Assembly: GCA_045588145.1 (NCBI GenBank)
Contig: JAZNDS010000056.1
Coordinates: forward strand, 27,448 to 91,447
DNA: 64,000 nt
Reading direction: 5' to 3'
Source of the DNA: Eubacteriales bacterium
GTDB taxonomy: Bacteria > Bacillota > Clostridia > Oscillospirales > CAG-272
Notes under the pieces: generated by a model
Told to the model about the DNA's origin: nothing
Databases searched by the model: none
What the model saw: the letters and a program-made list of their open reading frames with translations, nothing else
Translations under genes and position numbers: made by a program
Part shown: piece by piece, positions 35,866 to 46,257 of the stretch
Numbering within the stretch: the first letter of the stretch is position 1
How the letters are laid out: the number at the start of each line of letters is the position of its first letter

Positions 35866-36931
35866 GATAATTTTTCAGTTTTTCTGTGGTTTCCGCCATC
35901 ATAAGAGCCTCGATCATCGCCCCGATATCCCCGTTCAAGAAGGCTTCGAGTGTGTAGATCGAGAATCCAATACGGTGGTCGGTAATTCTTCCCTGCGGGA
36001 AATTGTAGGTACGGATCTTCTCGCTTCGGTCGCCCGTGCCGATCTGGCTTTTGCGGTCGGCCGCTGTCCTTTCCTGCTGCTCCCGCCTTTGGATATCCGA
36101 AAGCTTGGAGCGCAGCATACGAAGGGCGGCCTCTTTATTCTGAAGCTGGCTTCGCTGGGTCTGACAGGCAACGACGATCCCCGTGGGGACATGAAGGATA
36201 CGGACCGCCGATTCGGTTTTGTTGATATGCTGTCCGCCCGCCCCGCTGCTTTTCATGCTTTCGATGACAAGGTCTGCGGGGTTCAGCTCCACCTCCCCCT
36301 CGTCCTCGACCTCGGGCAGGACCGCCACGGTGACCGTAGAGGTGTGGATACGTCCCGAGGATTCGGTACGGGGGACACGCTGCACGCGATGCACGCCGCT
36401 TTCGTATTTTAAGCGTTTGTATACGTCGCTTCCGAAAACACGGAAAATGATCTCGCGGAAGCCGCCAAGCTCGGTCTCGTTACACCCGAGAAGCTCTAAG
36501 GAAAGGCCGCTGGCATCCGCGTACATACGGTACATTCGGTAAAGGTCGGAAACGAACAGGGCCGCCTCTTCCCCGCCGGCACCGGCGCGGATCTCAACGA
36601 TCGCGTTTTTTTGATCGTTTTCATCCTTCGGAAGCAGCAGAAGCCGGATCTGATCTTCCAGCTCCCCGACCGCTTGCCGCTTTTCCTTCTCCTCCTCGGC
36701 CGCCAGGACGCGAAGCTCTTCATCCGCGTGGGGATCCTCCCTTACGGCGACGGCTTCGCAAAGCTCATTCTGCGTGCGGCAAAGCGCGCGGTAGGCGTTT
36801 GCGAGGGGCAAAAGCTCGTTATATTCCTTGATAAGTCTCCGATATTCCTCTTGGCTGGCCACAGCGTTCGAGGAAAGCTTTGCCTCCAGCTCCGAAAAGC
36901 GAAGATCTATTTCAGAAAGTCTTTGCTTCAT
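35858..36931 (-). CDS. prfA: Peptide chain release factor 1
   Basis: GGQHINKTESAVRILH (GGQ motif), RIHTSTVTVAVLPE. Confidence 0.95.
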   Translation of the reverse strand: MKQRLSEIDLRFSELEAKLSSNAVASQEEYRRLIKEYNELLPLANAYRALCRTQNELCEAVAVREDPHADEELRVLAAEEEKEKRQAVGELEDQIRLLLLPKDENDQKNAIVEIRAGAGGEEAALFVSDLYRMYRMYADASGLSLELLGCNETELGGFREIIFRVFGSDVYKRLKYESGVHRVQRVPRTESSGRIHTSTVTVAVLPEVEDEGEVELNPADLVIESMKSSGAGGQHINKTESAVRILHVPTGIVVACQTQRSQLQNKEAALRMLRSKLSDIQRREQQERTAADRKSQIGTGDRSEKIRTYNFPQGRITDHRIGFSIYTLEAFLNGDIGAMIEALMMAETTEKLKNYHD

Positions 36932-38319
36932 CAGTCGCGACAGAAGGCGACAAAGGCTTCGTGAAGCGCGTAAAGATCAGCCTTGGAGATGACCTCGTAG
37001 GGGGCGTGCATCGAAATGACGGGAAGCCCAAGGTCGACCGTATCGATATTTTGCTCGGCAATAAACATGGCAACGGTACCGCCGCCGCCGATATCGACCT
37101 TGCCAAGCTCAGCCGGCTGCCAGGAAACGTTGTTCTCGGCGAAAATACGGCGAATAAAGCCAACGTACTCGGCCGACGCGTCGTTCGAGCCCGACTTTCC
37201 TCTCGAGCCCGTAAACTTGCTCATAGCGGGGCCGTGAGAGATAAGGGCGCTGTTTCTTTTTTCGTATACCTCGGGATAATTGGGATCGTACGCCGCGTTT
37301 ACGTCCGCCGAGAGGCAGCAGGAAACACTGCGGACCTTGATCGGGTCCTTCCCGAGAGCAAAGGAGATCTCATCAACAAGATCCGAGAAAAGGCGGCACT
37401 GCATACCGGTGTTACCGTTGCTGCCGATCTCTTCCTTGTCGGCCAGGATCACAAAGATCGTCTGTTCTTCCTCCTTGGTGGCAAAAAGGGCGGTCAGCGC
37501 GGAATAGGCGCAGCCGCGGTCGTCATGGCCGTAGCCCGAGATAAAGGCACGGTCAAATCCAACGTCGCGGGCCTTATCGGCGGGAACCGCCGAAAGCTCG
37601 GCGCTGACGAAATCTTCCTCGATGATGCCGTATTTTTCGTTGAGAATACGCAACACGTTCAGCTTGATAGCCTTGCCCTCTTCCCCGTCCTCTACCGGAA
37701 TGCCGCCGACGAGAAGGTTAAGGTTTTCCCCGGGAATAGCCTTTCCAAGGGGCTGGGCGGCCTGCTCCTGCCCCAGGTGAGGAAGCAGATCGTTGATATA
37801 GAAAATGGGATCGGCCTCGTCCTCCCCGATCGAAATATCGAGGGCACTGCCGTCACGGCGCAAAATGACACCGTGCAGGGCCAGGGGGGTGGCCAGCCAC
37901 TGATACTTTTTGATGCCGCCGTAATAGTGGGTCTTTAAGAAGCCCATCTCTCCATCCTCGTAAAGCGGATTCTGCTTCAGGTCGAGGCGGGGGGAATCGA
38001 CGTGAGCCGCGATGATGCGAAGGCCCGCATCCTCGATATCGGCATTACCGATTCGGAAAAGATAAAGCCCCTTTCCTTTGTTGACAAAATAACGCTTATC
38101 CCCGGCTTGCAAGGCATCGCCGAGGCGGTATTCGGTAAAGCCCTCCCTTTCGGCAAGCTCGACCGCCGCCAAGACAGCCTCTCTTTCGGTCTTCGAAGCG
38201 TTCAAGAAGGCCTTGTACGCTTCGGCATACGAGAAGATCGCGGAAAGCTTCTCTTCACTCGCGGTCTTATAAATGTTCTCTCTTTTACAAAGAAGGGCCT
38301 CGTATTGGTTCTCTGCCAT
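36931..38319 (-). CDS. M18-family aminopeptidase
   Basis: IIAAHVDSPRLDLK, GYGHDDRGCAY and an EEIGSNG-type motif; 462 aa. Confidence 0.8.
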   Translation of the reverse strand: MAENQYEALLCKRENIYKTASEEKLSAIFSYAEAYKAFLNASKTEREAVLAAVELAEREGFTEYRLGDALQAGDKRYFVNKGKGLYLFRIGNADIEDAGLRIIAAHVDSPRLDLKQNPLYEDGEMGFLKTHYYGGIKKYQWLATPLALHGVILRRDGSALDISIGEDEADPIFYINDLLPHLGQEQAAQPLGKAIPGENLNLLVGGIPVEDGEEGKAIKLNVLRILNEKYGIIEEDFVSAELSAVPADKARDVGFDRAFISGYGHDDRGCAYSALTALFATKEEEQTIFVILADKEEIGSNGNTGMQCRLFSDLVDEISFALGKDPIKVRSVSCCLSADVNAAYDPNYPEVYEKRNSALISHGPAMSKFTGSRGKSGSNDASAEYVGFIRRIFAENNVSWQPAELGKVDIGGGGTVAMFIAEQNIDTVDLGLPVISMHAPYEVISKADLYALHEAFVAFCRD

Positions 38320-38320
38320 A

Positions 38321-38941
38321 TCAATATTCCTCCGTTAAAAGCCCCTGCGCTTGGCAAAAGGCGTATATTTTTTTCTTTAGTTCCGTGGGGGTTTTATCAT
38401 TCAGGATCTGAAAATCGGTGTTTTCCTTTAAAAATGCGTCGCTGTGCTGCGAGGAAAGGCGGCGAAGCGCGGTTTTCTCGTCAAGCCCATCCCGCTTCAT
38501 GATACGAAGGCGCTTGGCCTCGGGGGATGAAAGGATCGCAAGGGTCAGATCGCATTCCTTATCGAAGCCCGATTCAAACAAAAGCGGGGCGTTGATCAGC
38601 GCGGCCTTTATTCCGTTTTTTTCTTGCTCCTTCAGCCATTTCCGGCATTCGTCCAATATGATCGCGTGGGTGATCGCGTTCAAGCGCGCAAGGCGCTCCT
38701 TTTGCATCTCCCCACCGCAAAAGATGAGGGTGGAAAGAGCCCCGCGGTCAAGGGCGCCGTTTGGCAAAAGGATCTCTTTTCCGAAGGCCGCGGCAAGGGC
38801 CTCGGTGCAAGGAGAGGCGCTTGACGTAAGCTCTCGGTACAGTAGGTCGGTGTCGATCCCGGGGATCCCGAAATCGGCAAAATAAGCCTGCGCAAGGCTT
38901 TTTCCGGCCCCGCTTCCGCCACATAGCCCGATCACACGCAT
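38321..38941 (-). CDS. coaE: Dephospho-CoA kinase
   Basis: It starts at MRVIGLCGGSGAGKS (P-loop) after AGGAGGTG; 206 aa. Confidence 0.85.
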   Translation of the reverse strand: MRVIGLCGGSGAGKSLAQAYFADFGIPGIDTDLLYRELTSSASPCTEALAAAFGKEILLPNGALDRGALSTLIFCGGEMQKERLARLNAITHAIILDECRKWLKEQEKNGIKAALINAPLLFESGFDKECDLTLAILSSPEAKRLRIMKRDGLDEKTALRRLSSQHSDAFLKENTDFQILNDKTPTELKKKIYAFCQAQGLLTEEY

Positions 38942-39056
38942 TCGCCCACCTCCTAACCTTATAATATTATACATCACCGCATAAGAATTGTCAAGGAATG
39001 GAAAAGGGGGTTCCCCTCCCTTTTTCCGCCTTTTTGAAAAGAAATTTTGTGTTTTC

Positions 39057-39085
39057 TTGACTTCGCCTGTAAAATATGCTATACT
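39057..39085 (+). promoter_or_regulatory. Sigma-A promoter of tmcAL
   Basis: TTGACT-17 nt-TATACT. Confidence 0.65.
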
Positions 39086-39129
39086 TCAAAAGGTAAGATT
39101 TGAAATTCGTGCGGTAAAGGGGGATATAG

Positions 39130-40320
39130 ATGAAAACCGTTGCCGTTATCAGCGAATTTAATCTTTTTCATCGGGGGCACGCCTCGCTTATCGAGCAGGT
39201 GCGGAATGCCTACGGGGAAGATACCTGTATCATTGCCGTGATGAGCGGAAATTATACCCAGCGGGGTGACATTGCCTTCGCCGATAAATTTATCCGTGCC
39301 GAGGCCGCTGTGGAAGCGGGGGTCAACCTGGTTTTAGAGCTTCCCTTTCCCTTTTCCGCCGCGGGGGCCGATTATTTTGCCCGTGCCGGTGTACATATCG
39401 CTTCCTCCTTGGGTGGGGTCGATGCCCTGGCCTTTGGGTGCGAGTGCGGCGACCTTTCTCTCCTTTATGAGGTATCACGCGATCTTTCCTCCGCACCCTT
39501 CCTTGCCGAAATGAAAAAAAGACTCTCCTCCAAGGAAGAAAGGACTAAAGGGTATGCTTTGATCCAGGAAGAAGCGTACGTGGCCCTTTTTGGCAAAGAA
39601 AACCTAACGGTTTTGAGAAGGCCAAACAACATTCTGGCCGTGCAGTATCTGCGCGCCCTTTCTACGCTTTCCTCCGGCCTTACGCCCTTTGCCGTTCGTC
39701 GAAAGGATGATTATCACAGCGCGGATGCCAATTCGGCCTTATCGGCAACAGCGGTCCGCTGCGCTCTTACCGAGGGGCGGATCGGGGATGCCCGCGCCCT
39801 TATTCCCAAAGAGGCCTTTACGGTTTATGAGCGAGCGATGACGGAAGGCCTTCTTCCCTGCGCGCTCTCACGCCTTTCGGGGCCGATCCTTGCCGCGATG
39901 CGGCTTTATCCCCCGCAGTCGAAGGACGATCTTTTTAACCGTCTTTCTTCTCTTTCTTTACACGCAAAAAGCATTGATGAAGTACTGTCGCTTGCCTCAA
40001 CCAAGCGTTATACGAATGCCCATATCCGCCGTTCCCTGTGGTACAGTCTTTTCGGCGTTACCTCCGCCGAGCTTGACGCGCTGCCGCAGTATACGCAGAT
40101 ATTGGCTATGGATACGGTCGGGCAAAAGAAGCTTGCCGAGATTCGGAAAAAAGCCATGATCTCGCTGCTTTCAAAGCCTGCGGATCACCGCGCGTTTTCT
40201 CCCATCGGCCGGGCACAGGCCGCCCTCTCTCAAAGGGCAGACAGCCTCTTCGCGCTTTCCTTCCCCACCGCGCAAGCGGGGGATTACGCCGTTCTTTCCA
40301 AGCCGTACCGAAAAATATAG
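39130..40320 (+). CDS. tmcAL: tRNA(Met) cytidine acetate ligase (YlbM/TmcAL nucleotidyltransferase family)
   Basis: VISEFNLFHRGHASLIEQ and AVMSGNYTQRGD motifs; 396 aa. Confidence 0.8.
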   Translation: MKTVAVISEFNLFHRGHASLIEQVRNAYGEDTCIIAVMSGNYTQRGDIAFADKFIRAEAAVEAGVNLVLELPFPFSAAGADYFARAGVHIASSLGGVDALAFGCECGDLSLLYEVSRDLSSAPFLAEMKKRLSSKEERTKGYALIQEEAYVALFGKENLTVLRRPNNILAVQYLRALSTLSSGLTPFAVRRKDDYHSADANSALSATAVRCALTEGRIGDARALIPKEAFTVYERAMTEGLLPCALSRLSGPILAAMRLYPPQSKDDLFNRLSSLSLHAKSIDEVLSLASTKRYTNAHIRRSLWYSLFGVTSAELDALPQYTQILAMDTVGQKKLAEIRKKAMISLLSKPADHRAFSPIGRAQAALSQRADSLFALSFPTAQAGDYAVLSKPYRKI

Positions 40321-40444
40321 CGTTTTTTGCCGATATCTTTTTAAGGTTCTAAAAATGTCGAATGAATTGACAATTTTTGGTAACCGTGATAGGATAACGG
40401 TGAAAAGGACGGGCAGTCATTTTCAAATACCGAAAGGAGTTTAC

Positions 40445-40735
40445 ATGGAAGCAATCGGGATCAAAGGTAATTTTGTCGAATACAAGGGTAAGCCCCTCGT
40501 TCGCCAGGGAAACGAGATCTTCTACGGCGATATGGCCGATAAATATTATCTTTTTCTTATGATCATGAACACGGTCGAGGATCCTTCCCTCGGCGAAAAA
40601 ATTCCGGGAAAGGTCATGGTGCAGATTCTTTCGACCGACGACCACAAGCTGTACGAAAACAAGCAGAAGGTCGTGGACGGATTGAGTGAAGCCCTGGAAC
40701 TTGGTACTGCCTGGCTCGACAGAGCAAACAAATAA
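40445..40735 (+). CDS. Small hypothetical protein (96 aa)
   Basis: ATG preceded by AAAGGAG. It has a plausible globular composition. The antisense 145-aa ORF was rejected. Confidence 0.55.
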   Translation: MEAIGIKGNFVEYKGKPLVRQGNEIFYGDMADKYYLFLMIMNTVEDPSLGEKIPGKVMVQILSTDDHKLYENKQKVVDGLSEALELGTAWLDRANK

Positions 40736-40788
40736 TTCGTTTTCCTTTTTAATTGCCGACAGAACCCCTGTCGAGAGAGGTAGCAATT

Positions 40789-41898
40789 ATGAAAGAAAAC
40801 CGCAAAAACCGCACCACCCTATTTTTCCTTACGGCAGCACTGTTTTCGGTGTTGCTCATCTCTTCCGCGCTATCTTCCTGTCAGCTGAACTCCATTGTGG
40901 ATAGCGTGGGATCGGGGGCGAACGATGTTTTCCTACCCATTACGGAAAGCACAACGACCGCCCCCGTTTCTATTGCAACGACCACCGAGCCGCCAAGCAC
41001 GACGAGCGCGCCGCCGATAACGACCACCGCCCCACCCGTGACAACGACCGCCGGCCCGATCTACTACAATCCCCTTTCGGCGCTCCCCACCAATAAGGAA
41101 GCCTCTCTTACAAGGCCGATCGGTCTTTGCGTCAACGAAGAGGTTTTCATGGGGGCCCCCGCGGCGGATCTTGTGATCGAGGCTCCGACCGCCGAAAACG
41201 GGCAGCGCTATCTTTTGCTGAATACCGACGTCGGATGTCTGGACGCTTTTAAAAGCGTTTCCTCGATCCGCCCGCATCTTGCCGCCCTTTCGCATGATTT
41301 CTTCGGGATCTCGGTCTATTGCGGCACCTCGGACAACGGGCGCCCCGCCTCCTCTTTTCTTTACGATACCATTGACACCTCGCTGTTAGACGGGGATATA
41401 TCGCTTCAGCAGGCCTACCTTGCCGCCGATATGCAGAAAAGCATCGCCCATTCGATCGCGCTTCCCTACGATTTTGCCCCGGTTGGTCAAACCGTCGCCT
41501 TAAACGGCACCCCCTCGCATTACGTTTCTATTCCCTTTTACGGCGGGGCCGCCACCGCCTTCAGCTACGACGCCTTAAGCGGGGTCTATACCCTGCGCCG
41601 CGCGCAAGCCACACAGGAGGTCGCCCCACCGAGCTTTACCAACCTCTTTGTTCTTTTCTTCGACTCTACCGTCACCTCGGGAAGGGACGGAACCGTGCTG
41701 ACCCTTGATACGGCAAGCGAGGGAGAAGGCTATTACATTTCGAAGGGCGAGGCTACAAAAATCCTTTGGAAACGCGACAGCGTGACCTCAAGTCTTTCCT
41801 TTACCCTTGAAAACGGCGAAAGGCTGACCGTCAATCGCGGAAAAAGCTACATCGGTATGACCGATTTTTCCGCAAAACGAAGTCTGATCCTTAATTGA
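40789..41898 (+). CDS. Lipoprotein, DUF3048/YerB-like
   Basis: Signal peptide with lipobox LSSC, a Thr/Pro-rich linker (TTTAPVSIATTTEPPSTTSAPPITTTAPPVTTTA), then a globular domain. Confidence 0.65.
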   Translation: MKENRKNRTTLFFLTAALFSVLLISSALSSCQLNSIVDSVGSGANDVFLPITESTTTAPVSIATTTEPPSTTSAPPITTTAPPVTTTAGPIYYNPLSALPTNKEASLTRPIGLCVNEEVFMGAPAADLVIEAPTAENGQRYLLLNTDVGCLDAFKSVSSIRPHLAALSHDFFGISVYCGTSDNGRPASSFLYDTIDTSLLDGDISLQQAYLAADMQKSIAHSIALPYDFAPVGQTVALNGTPSHYVSIPFYGGAATAFSYDALSGVYTLRRAQATQEVAPPSFTNLFVLFFDSTVTSGRDGTVLTLDTASEGEGYYISKGEATKILWKRDSVTSSLSFTLENGERLTVNRGKSYIGMTDFSAKRSLILN

Positions 41899-41917
41899 AG
41901 AAAATACTGCCCAAGCA

Positions 41918-41956
41918 AAACAGCGGTGCGACCGATCGATCGCGCCGCTGTTTTTG
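41918..41956 (+). terminator. Intrinsic terminator
   Basis: AACAGCGGTGCGA...TCGCGCCGCTGTT long stem followed by TTTTT. Confidence 0.75.
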
Positions 41957-42064
41957 ATAAACTGTCTTTTTTAATTAATAAACTGTCGTTTTTTCTCTTT
42001 TTTTCAGGGAAGAAAAGAGTATAATACTGATTGTATCGAATGGCGATTATCGAGGGAGACTTTT

Positions 42065-42963
42065 ATGTTTATTCTTGCTTTGCCTTTTTTGCTTCTCTCC
42101 ACGGCGACCGGGCTCGTCGAAGGAATGATGATCAAGCTTTATAACCGCAAGCATCCGAAGGGCGGTTTTTTCTTCACGGCACTTATTGCGCTTTTTTCCA
42201 TGCTTGTTTTCGTTATTCGCGAAGCGTTTGCGGGCAGAGGCGGCGAGGCCAGCTTCACCTTTCCTCTTCCCATGGTTCTTTTCGGGCTTCTTGGGGGCTT
42301 TTTATATGCGACTGCATCTCTTATGACTTATTTTTCCGTGCAATGGGGCTCCTATGCACTCAGCAATCTGATCCTTTCGTATTCGCTTGTTCTGACGGTG
42401 GCATACGGGCTTGTATTTCGAAATGAATCGGCCGGGGTATTAACCTATATCAGCTTTGCCCTTATTGCCGTATCCCTCTTTCTTCTGCGAAACAAAAATC
42501 CGGATAAATCGGGAGACAAAAGGGAAAACATCTCGTTGCGTTGGATCCTCGCTATCATATATTCGGTTTTTGCGGCGGCAGGCTTCAGCATCGTTCGTAT
42601 GTATCAGCAAGAGCTCTACGAAAATGCCTATAACAATGAATTTATGATCGTTTGTCTCGGTTTTTCATCCTTTGTACTTATTCTGATCGGTCTTTGGCGG
42701 GATAGAGGTGACTGTTGGAAGATCTTAAAAAAAGGCACCCCCTTCGCTTCTGCCGCGGGCCTTTCCAACGGTTTGACGAACCTTTTGGGATCTTGATGCT
42801 TCAGATCGGTATCAGCGTTTCTTATTCGGGTCCTATGGGGTCAGTCCTGAAAAGCCTTGGCTCTTTTTTGGTTGCGGTATTTCTTTTTAAAGAGCGATTC
42901 GAAAAGCGACAGCTATTCGGCCTTTTTTTAGGGGCGCTTGCGGGTGTTCTGATCAGTATATAA
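42065..42963 (+). pseudogene. DMT-like 10-TM membrane protein interrupted by a frameshift near 42783-42796
   Basis: ORF 42065..42796 (frame 2) and ORF 42715..42963 (frame 1) are both hydrophobic and read continuously if one base is added or removed around CTTTTGGGATCTTGATG. Confidence 0.6.
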
Positions 42964-43000
42964 AAAGAAAAGCGAGAACGGAATTCGTTCTCGCTTTTTT
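42964..43000. terminator. Bidirectional terminator
   Basis: GCGAGAACG-gaatt-CGTTCTCGC with an A-tract and TTTTTT. Confidence 0.85.
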
Positions 43001-43001
43001 C

Positions 43002-43280
43002 TTATTCGGCATACACGCTCACGCGCTTTTTGTCTCTCGTAACATGCTCGAACTTGACCTTTCCGTCAATCAGAGCAAAGAGGGTATCATCGGTACCGAT
43101 ACCGACGTTTTCGCCTGCCGCAATCTTGGTGCCGCGCTGGCGAACGAGAATGTTGCCGGCCGTTACGAACTGACCGTCAGCACGCTTTACGCCGAGACGC
43201 TTCGATTCGCTGTCACGGCCGTTTTTGGTAGAACCAACACCCTTTTTGTGGGCGAAGAATTGCAAACTGATTTTCAGCAT
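43002..43280 (-). CDS. rpmA: 50S ribosomal protein L27 (with a Prp-cleavable N-terminal extension)
   Basis: [24 protein letters not shown]... Confidence 0.95.
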   Translation of the reverse strand: MLKISLQFFAHKKGVGSTKNGRDSESKRLGVKRADGQFVTAGNILVRQRGTKIAAGENVGIGTDDTLFALIDGKVKFEHVTRDKKRVSVYAE

Positions 43281-43309
43281 TTCAAATACCTCCGTAATGA
43301 TTTGGGGGC

Positions 43310-43666
43310 TTACAGGGGCCGCTCGATCACGTCGACCGATAAATAATCGTAATATTCCTCGGTCATTTCGTTGAGCTGGTAGAAGTAAGCCATGATAAGA
43401 CCCGATACGGCGAAACGTTTTTTCTCATCGGCCTCATACTCGGGGAGCGCCCCCTTGGCGATCAACCGAATATCAGTCGTCGCTTCGTCGATGGTATATT
43501 CGACCCCCGACGCGTAAGAGACCTCGATGGCGTTGATGATCAGCATCGTCATACCCGAGAGCGCCGAGCAAAGCACGTCATCGCCTGCCTCGCCGTATCC
43601 CGTATGTCCCTGCTCCTCAAAGCCGTAAAAAACACCGTTTGTCTTATAGAAAATGATTTTTGTCAT
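43310..43666 (-). CDS. prp: Ribosomal-processing cysteine protease Prp
   Basis: 118 aa. [18 protein letters not shown] contains the His/Cys dyad. It sits between rplU and rpmA. Confidence 0.88.
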   Translation of the reverse strand: MTKIIFYKTNGVFYGFEEQGHTGYGEAGDDVLCSALSGMTMLIINAIEVSYASGVEYTIDEATTDIRLIAKGALPEYEADEKKRFAVSGLIMAYFYQLNEMTEEYYDYLSVDVIERPL

Positions 43667-43668
43667 AC

Positions 43669-43980
43669 TTAACCCACGATTTTTTCAATCTGGATCTTGG
43701 TGTAGAACTGCCGATGACCGATCTTCTTCTTTTCGTTCTTCTTGGGCTTGTAACGGATCACGTAGATCTTCTTGCCCTTACCGGTCTTAATGACGTTGGC
43801 AGTTACCGATGCGCCCTCAACATAAGGGGTACCGGCTTTGAAGGAATCACCGTCGGAAACAGCAAGTACCTTGTCGAAGGTATAGGATGCGCCGTCTTCT
43901 ACCTCGAGCTTTTCGATGAAGAGAACATCACCCTCGCTGACTTTGTACTGCTTTCCGCCTGTTTCAATAACCGCAAACAT
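43669..43980 (-). CDS. rplU: 50S ribosomal protein L21
   Basis: [18 protein letters not shown]...; the start was trimmed to the second Met. Confidence 0.93.
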   Translation of the reverse strand: MFAVIETGGKQYKVSEGDVLFIEKLEVEDGASYTFDKVLAVSDGDSFKAGTPYVEGASVTANVIKTGKGKKIYVIRYKPKKNEKKKIGHRQFYTKIQIEKIVG

Positions 43981-44059
43981 GGAAAAGCACCTCGCTTTCT
44001 TCATTATTCGCTACGTTAGGCGGCATACGCACTTAAAGCCCAACAATATGCGTCATATC

Positions 44060-44088
44060 ATTATATAATTAGTTTTAAGGCTTGTCAA
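44060..44088 (-). promoter_or_regulatory. Consensus sigma-A promoter of rplU-prp-rpmA, followed by a ~75-nt leader (possible L21-type leader)
   Basis: Minus strand TTGACA-17 nt-TATAAT. I could not verify the leader structure. Confidence 0.7.
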
Positions 44089-44117
44089 GTGTTTTTGGAA
44101 AAAAATATGAAATTTCT

Positions 44118-44537
44118 TTACATTTCGGGCGCTTTATTCGCTTCATCAGCGGCTTTTAAAAGCGCCGCGAGATCGATTTCGCTTTCCTCGGGCAAAAGTC
44201 GCTCCAGATTATAGTAATCCCGTGCGTCACGGGCGAAGATATGTGCGATCACGCTGCCGAAGTCGAGAAGGACCCAGGAGCCGGCGTCCCGCCCTTCCAC
44301 GTGGGCGGCCTTGATGCCGCCAAGATCGAGCCGATAGCAGACCTCATCCGCCAAGGCCTTGATGTGGGTGGTCGATCGGCCGGTCGCGATCACGTAATAA
44401 TCGGTGATGACGGTGCTGTCCTCGACGTGATACATTTTCAGTTGAAAGCCGCCCTTGCCGTAAAGCGCCAAGGCTGCCTTTTCGGCCAGCTGCAGCGGGG
44501 AAAGCCCCGTGTAATCAAGCTTTTCTTGGTTTTCCAT
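44118..44537 (-). CDS. rsfS: Ribosome silencing factor RsfS
   Basis: TDYYVIATGRSTTHIKALADEV and WVLLDFGSVIAHIF motifs. Confidence 0.9.
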   Translation of the reverse strand: MENQEKLDYTGLSPLQLAEKAALALYGKGGFQLKMYHVEDSTVITDYYVIATGRSTTHIKALADEVCYRLDLGGIKAAHVEGRDAGSWVLLDFGSVIAHIFARDARDYYNLERLLPEESEIDLAALLKAADEANKAPEM

Positions 44538-44547
44538 ATCTGTTCCC

Positions 44548-45567
44548 TCATTTGCTTTTTACTTTTATTTTTAAAGAATTTACCGTTTCCTCGGTGTATA
44601 CCGTATAAGAAATGTTTTTATCATAATAAATGTTTTCGAACTTGATGTTTTTGGGATCGACCATTTTCAGGTTAGGATCAAAATCCCCGACGCCCCCAAA
44701 ATGGGCGCGAAGCATCTCGGAAGCGGCCTTTCGGTTTGCCACATAATACCAGGCCCCCTCCCCTTCACCGTAGCGCGCCGATTCCCCGGGAAGCGTCATA
44801 AGCCTTATCGAATAGGCATCCTTGTGCCGATAAAAGCTGTAGGCGGCGGAAAGGACGGCGGAAAGCGACATGCTGCTTTCGATACGCGAATACATTTCGG
44901 GAAGGCCCTTGACAAGTAAGCTATACATATCAGCCTCCTTGATCGCTTTAAAAACCGCGGAAAGGAGAAGCTTCTGGGCGTCGATGCGCCCCACATCCCC
45001 CATCAGATAATCACTTCGGAAGCGCATGAACTGGGCGGCCTCCTTCCCGTTCAAGCGGTTCGTTCCCTTCTTTATACGGATGGAGAGCCCCTGCCCTTCG
45101 TCGGTGTAGACCATATCGCAGGGCACCTCAACGGTCACTCCGCCCAGCGTATCGATCAGCTTTTCGAAGGCTTCGATATCCACCGTCACGGTATGGTCGA
45201 CGGGGATACGGAAGGCTTCCCCGATCTGCCGTCCGAGAAGACGCATTCCTTCGCTTCGGCTGCCTTTTTTCGCATACGCCAAGGGATAGATCTGATTGAT
45301 TTTATTTTGGGCCGTATCGGCACGGAAATAGGTGTCGCGCGGGATCTGCAGGATCGAAAGCGAATGCGCGTCATAATCAACCGAGGCCAAAAACAGAACG
45401 TCGGTATTCCCCGCCACCCGATCCAGCCCCGCGACAAGAAGGGTCTCTTTTCCTTCCCGCTCCCCCTCGCCGATAAGCGCCAGGGCGGGAAGCCCGTTTT
45501 TTATGAACAAAATGCCACCGCACACGGCGGCCAGGAAAATAAACAGTAGGATTTTCTTTTTCATCAT
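44548..45567 (-). CDS. LytR-CpsA-Psr (LCP) family cell-envelope phosphotransferase
   Basis: N-terminal TM helix, then NTDVLFLASVD...LSILQIPRDTY. Confidence 0.85.
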   Translation of the reverse strand: MMKKKILLFIFLAAVCGGILFIKNGLPALALIGEGEREGKETLLVAGLDRVAGNTDVLFLASVDYDAHSLSILQIPRDTYFRADTAQNKINQIYPLAYAKKGSRSEGMRLLGRQIGEAFRIPVDHTVTVDIEAFEKLIDTLGGVTVEVPCDMVYTDEGQGLSIRIKKGTNRLNGKEAAQFMRFRSDYLMGDVGRIDAQKLLLSAVFKAIKEADMYSLLVKGLPEMYSRIESSMSLSAVLSAAYSFYRHKDAYSIRLMTLPGESARYGEGEGAWYYVANRKAASEMLRAHFGGVGDFDPNLKMVDPKNIKFENIYYDKNISYTVYTEETVNSLKIKVKSK

Positions 45568-45612
45568 AACACCTCAAGGGTAGTTTTCGATAAAAAAGAA
45601 AATTTACTAAAT

Positions 45613-46257
45613 TCAATTTTTGCTATTTTCCCCGACCTTTTGCAAAAGGTAGGAAAGTGCCTCGTAGGTCTTCGGGAAAACAGGGATATGCTTTTCGGTC
45701 AGCTCCGCGATCGTGCCCTTCAACGCAAAAATAATGGTATTATGCAGGTGCGTCTCTTTGCTTGGCGCCCCCTCAAGGCCTTCCCAGAACATACGCCGAA
45801 GCGCCACGCAATCGGGGTAGGTACGGGTCGGCTCGATGTAATCGGCAAGATACAAAAGCTCGTCAAACAAGGTCATGCCGAAGCCGCCCATCGTATGAAA
45901 TTCGATCGCGTGAAGGATCTCGGGGTCCACCCAGGCGGAAAACTCGGCCTTGGCAACGTGGGCGCCCGTCTTCGCGTGCAAAACGCGCGGGGTCGCGATC
46001 TCCAGGTCATTCAGGGGTAAAGCGTGCCTTCGGCAGTAGGAAAGCTGCTCCTCGGCGCTCCATTCCTTGGTGATGTCGTGCAAAAGCGCGGCGATCCGAA
46101 GGCGCGCGATATCGGCGGGAAGAAAAACATTCCCAAGGCGGATGATCTCCTCCTCCACCCCCAGCGTATGCGAAAAGCGGCGGCTTCCGATCCGCTCGGA
46201 AAGTTGGATCCGCAAGCGCAAAAAGCGTTCCTCGGTCAAGCCCTGTAAAGCTGCCAT
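45613..46257 (-). CDS. yqeK: HD-domain bis(5'-nucleosyl)-tetraphosphatase YqeK
   Basis: HTLGVEEE...AALLHDITKE; lies downstream of nadD. Confidence 0.85.
   Translation of the reverse strand: MAALQGLTEERFLRLRIQLSERIGSRRFSHTLGVEEEIIRLGNVFLPADIARLRIAALLHDITKEWSAEEQLSYCRRHALPLNDLEIATPRVLHAKTGAHVAKAEFSAWVDPEILHAIEFHTMGGFGMTLFDELLYLADYIEPTRTYPDCVALRRMFWEGLEGAPSKETHLHNTIIFALKGTIAELTEKHIPVFPKTYEALSYLLQKVGENSKN

Noticed and set aside
44005-44059. L21-type ribosomal leader upstream of rplU
   Set aside because: The position and length fit, but I could not derive a convincing conserved secondary structure by eye. I mention it only as a note on the promoter feature.
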